A stretch of DNA of 64,000 nucleotides. Source: a virus. The DNA is taken from the IMG/VR virus record IMGVR_UViG_3300025030_000051, positions 48,829 to 112,828 of that record; one strand, written 5' to 3'. The position numbers were made by a program, and so were the translations under genes. Shown in pieces: positions 10,839 through 19,492 of the stretch. The notes below the pieces were generated by a model. The model ran no database searches and was not told the DNA's origin. It saw only the letters and a list, made by a program, of their open reading frames with translations. Positions within the stretch are counted from its first letter, which is position 1. Every line of letters begins with the position of its first letter.

Positions 10839-12317
10839 TCATATATGTATCAACTCATATCTTTCTCTCGGTTTAAATTCTTCAAAGCACCTTTCCATAT
10901 CCTGAATAAATCTTCTGCACATTTCAGATGCCTCCATACCTACTTCTTTTTTGAGCATAAATTCCCTTCCCAATAAACCGTATTCCTTTCTCTTTTCATA
11001 TCCTAAATTATACAGATATAATAGTCCTTCAGCTGCATCTTCCCATTTTGCCCTATCGTCAAAAATATATGGAGTTGGTGGTGAACCAACTAAACCCCTT
11101 GCTGCTGGGAATAATGGAAAAGCCCACTTACCACATTTTTTGAATCTACCATCATGATTACTACCCCATTTCTTGTCAAACTTAATTGGATTCCCTTCAT
11201 CATCTACAAATCCCATCTGATCTTGAAGTCCACCAGTAACTGTTGCTAAAATAGGAGTTCCACTCATTAATGATTCCGCTGTTGCTAGACCAAACCCTTC
11301 AGCACTTGCTAAGTTTATCGTAACATCAGAAATGTTATATAAATAGTTCAATTGAAACGATGGTAATCTTGCATCATAATAAATAATATCATAATCCTTA
11401 CACAATTCATTACCGACCTCTGGTAAATCTGTTCCGTTAGGATCAACTAATTGAGTATGCATTATCAACACGCATTTTTTTGCATTTTCTTTTGATAATT
11501 GATCACAAAACAATTTAAATGCCAAAATTACATCACCTGGAGATTTTCTTTTAATATTTCTATTATTATATAAAATTATAAAATTATAATCTTTATCACC
11601 AAAAATATCTTTCCTATATTTAATCATCCCTTCGTAATCATTCTTTAATTCCTTAACTCCATTGTTATCAAATTCACGAACAATTCCTTGCTCTAATTCT
11701 GTAATTGGAAAATGGTTTTTTGAATTAATACCGTGTGGGATATAAGTAATTATTCTTTTGTCTGAACCTAAAACATTATTAACAATATTTTCAGTCTGTT
11801 TACTGATACACATTAATAGATCACATCCCTGATAATAGGAACGATTATAAGTTGGATTGGGAACGTTATCCCAAACTGTATAAAAAAACAATGGTATTTT
11901 TTGTCTTATTTCGTGTTCCATATTAAACATCCAAATAAACTGTCGCGGATCTGTATACATCATTACTGCATCAATATTTAATTCTTCAATTAACGAACGA
12001 ATTAAATCTGGATCTCCATAACCATCATTTGGTTGAATGACAACCTTTGCATCTGTTATTCCTAATGTAGCATTTACATCTTGAGAAACATCTATACGTT
12101 TACCTTTATCTGGATGATTTATGGCAGCGCCAATTTGAAAAAAATTAAACCTATGAGCTGTACCCATTACAATTTCTTTTGATACTACACCTACACCTGA
12201 TGATAATCTTAGCTATAGGTCATCTGATAATAGAAGAATATTTTTACGATCTTTTTGTTGAACGTATTCATATTCATTTATTATCAAACGACCTATAGTA
12301 CCTCCATTCTCTATCAT
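10839..12317 (-). CDS. Glycosyltransferase family 4 whose full-length frame contains an internal UAG at codon 35
   Basis: NNRNIKRK, EGFGLATAES (EX7E). The track ORF (start 12167) lacks the first GT-B strand; upstream in-frame ILLLSDDL*LRLSSGVG continues to ATG 12317 with a GGAG RBS. Confidence 0.8.
12210..12298 (-). other. 36-bp mRNA hairpin ending on an in-frame UAG flanked by identical CUA codons (candidate recoding signal)
   Basis: Arms 12263-12298 and 12213-12248 pair at 31/36 positions including 2 G.U; CTA 12216-12218, TAG 12213-12215, CTA 12210-12212. Confidence 0.75.
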
Positions 12318-12465
12318 TTTTTACTCCAATATAAATTGTTATAAACACTTTTTTGATTATCAAAAATCATCGAATAGTTATAACCATTATTTATTACACC
12401 TTATTTTTTAAGTAATAAATTTTTTTCATTTTTATTAAAAGTCCACATTGATTTGACTTCTACAA

Positions 12466-12666
12466 TTAAATCATATTATTTAATGCATCATCTATCAGTT
12501 TTTCCAACATATCATCATAAGTAAAAAAAATATCATGTGGTCCAGTTCCATGTAAGTTAGATATTAATTGACAAAGTCTGATATCATATTGTTTTTCATA
12601 TAATTTTAAAAGTTTTTCAATTAAACGTTTTTTATCTTCTGGATCTCTATAATTTATATATTTCAT
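12466..12666 (-). CDS. Small hypothetical protein (duplicated at 17130-17319)
   Basis: 66-aa ORF, DIRLCQLISNL..DIFFTYDD. Confidence 0.6.
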   Translation of the reverse strand: MKYINYRDPEDKKRLIEKLLKLYEKQYDIRLCQLISNLHGTGPHDIFFTYDDMLEKLIDDALNNMI

Positions 12667-12848
12667 AATAAACTTCCGCTTATTTGTAAATAATTTATTT
12701 TATTAACAATTTTATCCCTAAATTGAGATTCACTTAGAAAAAATTTTATACAAGTATCAACAAAATTTGTCAAATTAATCTTATTATTAAAACAATCAAC
12801 TTTAAATTCTTTGTATTGACTTTCTTCTAAATTTATAGATGTAAGCAA
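12663..12848 (-). CDS. Small ribbon-helix-helix-like DNA-binding protein
   Basis: LTSINL strand then two helices (YKEFKVDC, LTNFVDTCI). Confidence 0.45.
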   Translation of the reverse strand: MLTSINLEESQYKEFKVDCFNNKINLTNFVDTCIKFFLSESQFRDKIVNKINYLQISGSLL

Positions 12849-13085
12849 AATAGACCCATTATTTCTTTAATGAATTAAGAAGTTCTTTTTTAACATATAT
12901 GACTATAGAAGAATAAATATTTCCCCCAAGCCCAAGCGCATAATCAAAACCTTCAATTTCAGAACAAAGATTGAAAATTTTCTTGTAAATGTACCAGGTA
13001 ATTTGTTTTTTATTCACTTATGATATAAATATAATGAAAATTTCATTTAATTTTTTGTTACTCAATTTTTCAACTTTGACACTTT

Positions 13086-13475
13086 TTAACATATAATAAT
13101 TTCTTTATTCAACTTATTAGCCATTTCTATTAAAATATGTTTCTTGTCTTCATTGTTTTCTATAAAGAATACTATCTTCTCACAGTACTTTATATAGTTG
13201 TTATAAGTAGCGAATATATGTTTTTTACTGAATTTTTTACCAAATTTATATCTTTCTTCGGCACAATAACTGTTCCAGTGTTTATAATATGGAATAAATT
13301 CTTTATAATTTAATTCAAAATTCAAAGAAAATTTTTTGACAAACTTATCTGTTCCGTTTTCATTATCTAAACCTACTATTTCAGTTTCTGGATGTTCCTT
13401 TTTTATCTTCCACAATAGATCCTGTATCTTTAGCTTTTGAGTGAAAAATTTGCTTCCTGTAATTCCTATTTTCAT
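13086..13475 (-). CDS. SLOG/YspA-like nucleotide-binding protein
   Basis: KIGITGSKFF, GTDKFVKKFS, IVFF. Confidence 0.6.
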   Translation of the reverse strand: MKIGITGSKFFTQKLKIQDLLWKIKKEHPETEIVGLDNENGTDKFVKKFSLNFELNYKEFIPYYKHWNSYCAEERYKFGKKFSKKHIFATYNNYIKYCEKIVFFIENNEDKKHILIEMANKLNKEIIIC

Positions 13476-13990
13476 CCTTTTCCAAGCTTGATTTAATTAA
13501 ATTGTAAAATTGAAATACTGAATTAATAAATGAATTTGAGTCATCATAATATATTTTAAACCTGCACGGATTATTATAATTCTTTATCGATATGTCAGCA
13601 AAAAAATGGATGTTTAATAATGGCTTATCGTGTAAGGTTATATTTCTTTTTTTACACATGTTTAAAATTTCTTCAATTTTAACCTTATCTTTTATATCAT
13701 GCCATAAAAAGAATTCTAATACAATATTCTTATGCAAATTTGAAAAATACTCTATGGAATTAAAAAAAGTGTCTAAATCAGGCAGTGTATATTCTGACAA
13801 CTGTATTCTAACATTAAAATGGTTTTTTTTCAAAATTATTTAAAAAATCTTTTAATTATTAATTCAACTAATTCTAATTTTTGTTTTGTTATTAACATAA
13901 TTGTACTATTTTTAGCACTTTCTTTCACATCAAAGAATTTTTTGTTTAAATGTTCAAGCGCTTTGTTTAATATTATTCTATCTTTTTTAA

Positions 13991-14857
13991 TCATATTTCA
14001 TTCATACCAACACTACACAAATCTTTTTTATTTTTAAATGGACAATAAAAACAATTACGTTTTGATGGATTAGCTTTATAATCAAAATTTAAGTTATAGT
14101 TTCCATTACTATCAAACACGTTATCAACAAAATCAATTAATTCTTTACCAACTTTATTTATTATTCTATCTCCAGATGGTGGCACAAATCTTTGAACCCT
14201 TTTAACTTCATAATCTTGACTTTTGAAAATTTTCTGCTTGAATATCAAAAATTCAACTTTTATTTTGTCTAAATCAATATTATTTTGCTCAGCATAGAAT
14301 TTCTTATATAGTTGCAATTGGGCTCTTTTCATCAAGTCTTTCTTGGCATTTTCTTTCCAGCCTCTATAAGATTTCTTAAAATCGTATAAAACATAAGTAT
14401 TAGAATCAATATGCTTTACAGCACAATCTATTCTTCCTATAAAATTTATATTTGATTTTATTGGTATAGATATTTCTATTTCACAACCCAAGAACTCATA
14501 GCCCTTTTTTAAGAAATAATCACTTCTTTTTTTCTTAAACCATTCTAAAATTTTAATTCCATCTTTATAGAATTCCATCATCTGATCTTTTGATGTAAAA
14601 TCACCGTACTCAGAATATTGATTAAATATCTCTGACATTTTGTTTAATAAAATTTCGTTAAGATTTAGCTCGTTAGCAGTCTTTTCACTTTTTTCATAAA
14701 AATCAATTAAATATGTTTGTAGTGTATCATTTAATGCTGAGCCAAACAGTGAATGAATATTTACATCTTTTACTTTATGTCTATCTATATATAATAACTT
14801 CCACTGTAATTGACAGTTTGTAAATACACTAAACTGTGAAAATGAAACGTGCTTCAT
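13991..14857 (-). CDS. PD-(D/E)xK exonuclease (RecB/Cas4-like)
   Basis: SFSQ..CQLQW, GRID, YDFKK, QLQLY, CFYCPF..C. Confidence 0.85.
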   Translation of the reverse strand: MKHVSFSQFSVFTNCQLQWKLLYIDRHKVKDVNIHSLFGSALNDTLQTYLIDFYEKSEKTANELNLNEILLNKMSEIFNQYSEYGDFTSKDQMMEFYKDGIKILEWFKKKRSDYFLKKGYEFLGCEIEISIPIKSNINFIGRIDCAVKHIDSNTYVLYDFKKSYRGWKENAKKDLMKRAQLQLYKKFYAEQNNIDLDKIKVEFLIFKQKIFKSQDYEVKRVQRFVPPSGDRIINKVGKELIDFVDNVFDSNGNYNLNFDYKANPSKRNCFYCPFKNKKDLCSVGMNEI

Positions 14858-15341
14858 TGTATTAATGCCCCATTAAAAAATATTCATTTCTAGTTATATA
14901 TCTGATTTATATATTGTCATAATTTACTGTTAACATATAAAATTAAATCTTCTAAATCTTCTTTTCTTTCAACTATCTTTTTTCTATATGATTTTAATTC
15001 TTTTTTACTCATATTGTCTATAAAATTAAAGTTTGTCTAATAGATTTGTTCCATAACAATTCCAATTTTCTTTAGAACAGTCTTCTTTTAATTTTTCTAT
15101 TCTTTTTAAACTTATTAGTTTTTTTCCATTAAAACTTCAACTTAAATATCTTCTTCTTTATAAATTACAAGTTCGTTCCCATATAAAATTGTAGGAATAG
15201 AAGATAATATTTTTTCATTAAGTGTCGGATGTAATTTATCAATATAATCTTTTAATCCTTCCATAGAATTTATAGCCTCTAATTCTTTTATAAGTTGCAT
15301 TTTATTTAATACTTTATTTTTAATAATTAAATCTAAATCTT

Positions 15342-15734
15342 TCATTTTGCCCACTTTCCTTTTAATACAATCAAAGCTATTTTACCGTAAACAGAAATAT
15401 CAGTAAAAGAATCTTCTACAGATTCGTTTTTTGGAGCCTCTTTTTTCAATATTAAATTAATCAACCTGCTCATTTTATCGTTCATCCTTGTAATCAATCC
15501 TGTCATTGCTAATTTCAAGTCCTGTTCTGATTCTAAAGCTGTATTCATTGCAATGTTAGTTGGGCCATAATCATACTGTTTCTTTAAAAAAGTTATATAT
15601 TGCTGTGCGCACAATTCCTTAAATTTTTCTGTCATTTCTGGATATTTTTCTTCCATTTCTTTTATCAATTCAAAAGCTGAGTGATCTATATTCTGTAATT
15701 CTATAGAAGGCTCTTGTTTTTTATCTGAATTCAT
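15342..15734 (-). CDS. Nucleotide-modification-associated domain 1 (DUF1599-like, all-alpha pyrophosphatase fold)
   Basis: KKQYDYG, RMNDKMSRL, ESVEDSFTDISVY. Confidence 0.75.
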   Translation of the reverse strand: MNSDKKQEPSIELQNIDHSAFELIKEMEEKYPEMTEKFKELCAQQYITFLKKQYDYGPTNIAMNTALESEQDLKLAMTGLITRMNDKMSRLINLILKKEAPKNESVEDSFTDISVYGKIALIVLKGKWAK

Positions 15735-16034
15735 CTATTTCCTTATTTTTAAGTTTTTAAAAGTTTCATTAATTCTTAAATTATTTTCTATAGTTTGTTT
15801 TAAAGTATTTAATTCATTTGGTATGCATCTAAATCTAAACTCCCATAATACTTCTTTATTTGTTTCTTTATTGTAGTTAAAACTTGTGAATGTCATATTA
15901 AAATATTTGAATCTTTCATTTCTTATAATAGAAACTTCATCTAAAATATCAATAGAGACTTTGTTAATCAAAAAATTATTAATTTCGTTAATAATTGCAC
16001 GATTAAAAAAACCTAAAAGAAATATTTGGTTCAT

Positions 16035-17117
16035 TTAATTTAATATTGTCCCATCAATAACTATTTGCTTGCATGATGAGCTATATTTAAATAATTCATA
16101 ATACTTTATTAGATCTTCCTTTTTGGTAATTCCCCATAAAATAAAAGACTTTCTCTCTAAATCAACTTTAATGTGGTATACAAAATCACATTCAATATTA
16201 TTAAATATAAATTTTTTAAATTCATCAAAATCTTCTTCTGAAATTTTAGATTTTTCTTTTAAATATTTTTCCCATTTATTATAATCTTTAGAATATTTAT
16301 CAAATCCCGGATATATAAAAAATGAGTACATCTCATAAGATTTTACTTGTAATTTTTCTCCATTTGGAGTAATTGAATCAATTTTTCCATAATAATCTTG
16401 ATAAGCTGATGCCCTTTTTGAATTAGTGTAATTCCTAACTAATAGTTCAGCAATTCTAGATTTTAACAATATATTATAATCAACTTTATTATTTTTAATC
16501 AAACTAGATTTCGTATCATTTTCAATTTCTAATATTGCATCATCAATTAGTTTTTTATCAAATTCACCAGTTTTTGGCATAGTTCTTATTTTTTTACCTA
16601 CAATTTTATCCATTGTATTTAATACTTCAAGCATATCTTTATCTAAATTTTTATTTAAATCTTCATGTAACTTTTCAAACTTAATATTATTATTTTTAAT
16701 AAAAGTCTCTATTGTTTCGCCCATAATAAATTTATCATAATCATCTTTATAAATTATTCTTATTATACCCGCTTGTAAAATATTTTTAAGACAATTTTGA
16801 CAGGGTTTCATTGTTGAATATAAAGTTGCACCATTTACATTAATATAATTTTTTGCAGCAAAATCAATCACGTTTAGTTCACCGTGTATTTCATTAACTG
16901 AACTCCATTTATGATGTTCTTCTCTATTTAAATTACGACTATCAAATTTTTCATTACAATGTAACGTATTCGATAACGTCCCATTAAATCCTGTAGATAT
17001 TATTCTTCCACTGTCAACTATTACACAACCAACGTTGTATAAAGCACAAGTAGACAATTTAGAAAATTCTTCTGCTATATTCATAAATAATTTATCATAT
17101 GTTTGCTGTGTTGGCAT
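16035..17117 (-). CDS. dCMP deaminase with a C-terminal extra domain (possible restriction-endonuclease-like fold)
   Basis: STGFNG, HGE, PCQNC; extra ~200 aa with AELL..KID..LQVKS. Confidence 0.8.
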   Translation of the reverse strand: MPTQQTYDKLFMNIAEEFSKLSTCALYNVGCVIVDSGRIISTGFNGTLSNTLHCNEKFDSRNLNREEHHKWSSVNEIHGELNVIDFAAKNYINVNGATLYSTMKPCQNCLKNILQAGIIRIIYKDDYDKFIMGETIETFIKNNNIKFEKLHEDLNKNLDKDMLEVLNTMDKIVGKKIRTMPKTGEFDKKLIDDAILEIENDTKSSLIKNNKVDYNILLKSRIAELLVRNYTNSKRASAYQDYYGKIDSITPNGEKLQVKSYEMYSFFIYPGFDKYSKDYNKWEKYLKEKSKISEEDFDEFKKFIFNNIECDFVYHIKVDLERKSFILWGITKKEDLIKYYELFKYSSSCKQIVIDGTILN

Positions 17118-17129
17118 TTTTATTTTCTA

Positions 17130-17319
17130 TACATTTAATTCTTCGTCTATCAGTTTTTCCAGCATATCATCATAAGTGAAAAAAATATCATGAGGTCCGG
17201 CCCCGTGTAAATTAAATATTAATTGACAAAGCCTAATATCACATTGTTTTTCATATAATTTTAAAAGTTTTTCAATTAAACGTTTTTTTATCTTCTGGTT
17301 TTCTATTTATGTATTTCAT
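17130..17319 (-). pseudogene. Frameshifted second copy of the 12466..12666 gene
   Basis: Near-identical DNA; A7 instead of A6 after GAT gives an early TGA. Confidence 0.7.
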
Positions 17320-18011
17320 CTTATGTTATTGTCTATTTCATATTTAGATTTTGGAATTTTTATTTTTAACTGTTTTTCCAATTCTGTTACATTAGTACAG
17401 CTTTCGTTAAAAGTAGAATAATTCGTACCAGATTTTTGTCTATTACAAGAAGAAAACAGACACCCGAAAAGATTAGACAAATAATCTGCAGAACTATAAT
17501 CACAATACTCTAATTTATCACATCCAGGTAAAAATTCTTCAGCTTCTTTTATTCCTTCTTTTATCATCATATCTCTAAGTAACCAGTGCACCCCAGTGAT
17601 AAATTCTTCTTCACAGAATTTTAGTCTTCTTGACATTTGACCTCTTAGTGAAGTCAAATCTTGCTTCACCCAATATGAACAATTTCTTGACATTAAATTA
17701 TATGTTGTTTGAATTTTAATTTCATCATTTCTAATTTTTTCTAATTTTTCTAATGTTTGAAATGTTTTATCTCTAAATTCTTCATTGTCATTCAATAAAT
17801 TATAAACGTGTGTATAAACAATATACTCAGGGCTTTTTGAAACTTTATAATTAGAAAATTTTACACCAATTCTAGCTCTTGAATGTTGATCCCAAGAGCA
17901 TATAGGAATATTAGAAACTGAATATAGTATTGTTGGTGCATTCCATTCGTGGATATCAACAATTAAATTTTCAACGCCCTTCATTATTTTAATATTATTT
18001 TTTACTATCAT
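17316..18011 (-). CDS. ThyX-like flavin-dependent thymidylate synthase paralogue B
   Basis: DQHSRARIG (RHR-like), LRGQMSRRL, Cys-rich C-terminus. Confidence 0.55.
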   Translation of the reverse strand: MIVKNNIKIMKGVENLIVDIHEWNAPTILYSVSNIPICSWDQHSRARIGVKFSNYKVSKSPEYIVYTHVYNLLNDNEEFRDKTFQTLEKLEKIRNDEIKIQTTYNLMSRNCSYWVKQDLTSLRGQMSRRLKFCEEEFITGVHWLLRDMMIKEGIKEAEEFLPGCDKLEYCDYSSADYLSNLFGCLFSSCNRQKSGTNYSTFNESCTNVTELEKQLKIKIPKSKYEIDNNIR

Positions 18012-18815
18012 TTAGTTTTCCTTAAAATAATTTTTGTCAATATTTTCTAATTCATCGTATTTTAATTTTGAAATTCTAAAAAGTATGTCTTTTTTATTCA
18101 TATAAACAGAATAAGAAGCATATAAAGCTATTAAAGGAAATTTATTATGTATATGTGCTACAATATATTTATATAATTCTCTCAAACTATTTGAGTGATC
18201 ATTGTCTTCAAACTTCATATTAGATAATGACAATAAATTTTGTCCAAAAAAATAAGAATGTGAATAATTTTGTGGTAAAAATGATCTTGCACTTTGCCAA
18301 CTTCCCTTACCTTTGTTGAGTATAAATTCATATAAATCTTTTAACTCATTAAATGTATTTTTTTCATATTCTGAAATTTCTTTGTGATTTTGAAATACAA
18401 AATCAGCATCTCTTTTATCATTATCTCTACAGCCTATTGACATAAAGGATGCAAATGGAGCATTTAGTGTATGAAAATCAAATAACCATCGAGGAACACC
18501 TTTTACTCTAAAAATAAAATTGACCATTTCTCTTGCCTGTGGCAAGGTGTTGTTTGTCAAAACTGCTTTTACCACTTCCAGTTTTGATTCAGGATTTGTT
18601 GATACCCATTTGTTTTTATATTCATTATTTCCCCAAGTTGCAGTACTTGTTAAAAACATTGCCTTATAAGGATTTTTATTATGATCGACCAATTCAATTT
18701 CTAAAGAATCTTGTAGACTTAAAAATTTATTTTGTCTATTTGGATTTTCAGAAGGATGAGTTCCTGTTGATTTTCTTAAATCTTCTATTTTATTTATTTT
18801 TTCTTTTTCTGGCAT
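18012..18815 (-). CDS. ThyX-like flavin-dependent thymidylate synthase paralogue A
   Basis: REMVNFIFRVKGVPR, SWQSARSFLPQ (ARxxLP). Confidence 0.6.
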   Translation of the reverse strand: MPEKEKINKIEDLRKSTGTHPSENPNRQNKFLSLQDSLEIELVDHNKNPYKAMFLTSTATWGNNEYKNKWVSTNPESKLEVVKAVLTNNTLPQAREMVNFIFRVKGVPRWLFDFHTLNAPFASFMSIGCRDNDKRDADFVFQNHKEISEYEKNTFNELKDLYEFILNKGKGSWQSARSFLPQNYSHSYFFGQNLLSLSNMKFEDNDHSNSLRELYKYIVAHIHNKFPLIALYASYSVYMNKKDILFRISKLKYDELENIDKNYFKEN

Positions 18816-18963
18816 GGTAAATCTTTATGTTGTTTTCTTTTAAAAATTTAGATATTAAATAATAAGACAATAATGTTTTATATTGTATTTCTTTTATTGT
18901 AAATTTTTCTATTAAATATAAATTTATTATAATTTTTCCTATTTCTATTGGCATCAAAAATTT

Positions 18964-19375
18964 TAAGGCTTCACTAATTTTTTTAGCTTTTTCTTTTGAT
19001 CTTGACTCATTTTTATTTTAGATTCAATTTTATGTTTTTTACCAAGCATTCCCTTGCCTTTGGCTATTTTCTTTATAATATTTTCTCTGTCAGGATGGTT
19101 ACTAATAACATCACCACCAAATGCTGTTTTAGAAATATTATACCAATATTTCTATCATAAGCTTTTAATTCTTTAATCCAATAAGTTTCTCTCTCATTAG
19201 CATTTTCTTTAGAGCATTCTTCAATAACTTCTTTTTTAAAATTTTCAATACCATATTTTTTAATAGCTCTTTTTATAAGCTTTCCAGAACCTAAATAATA
19301 ATTACGGTTTTTAGAATCTTGACCAATGTAAATTTTATTATTAATCAAATTAATTGTTTTATAAATAATACCCAT
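18964..19375 (-). pseudogene. GIY-YIG homing endonuclease with NUMOD3, frameshifted
   Basis: GIIYKTIN..KIYIGQ..YLGSG..RETYWI; GYN motif broken near 19141; other frame gives GMLGKKHKIESKIKMS. Confidence 0.8.
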
Positions 19376-19492
19376 TTTCTTTCTTAATTAATAACCAAAA
19401 TAACCGCGTCATAACTTTTTTCAACATTTTTAAACGGAAGAGTTCCCATTGCTTCTCTTAAGTTATCTATTTCATTTTTATTCATTATATTC

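Noticed and set aside
12210-12298. Pyrrolysine/selenocysteine-type insertion element or a terminator
   Set aside because: The hairpin lies 5' of and includes the UAG rather than following it, there is no U-tract, and no pyl/sel genes or tRNA are visible
13991-14857. Cas4 as part of a CRISPR system
   Set aside because: Stand-alone phage PD-(D/E)xK exonuclease with no cas1/cas2 or array nearby
12466-17319. Diversity-generating retroelement TR/VR pair
   Set aside because: Differences between the copies are not confined to adenines and there is no reverse transcriptase in the window
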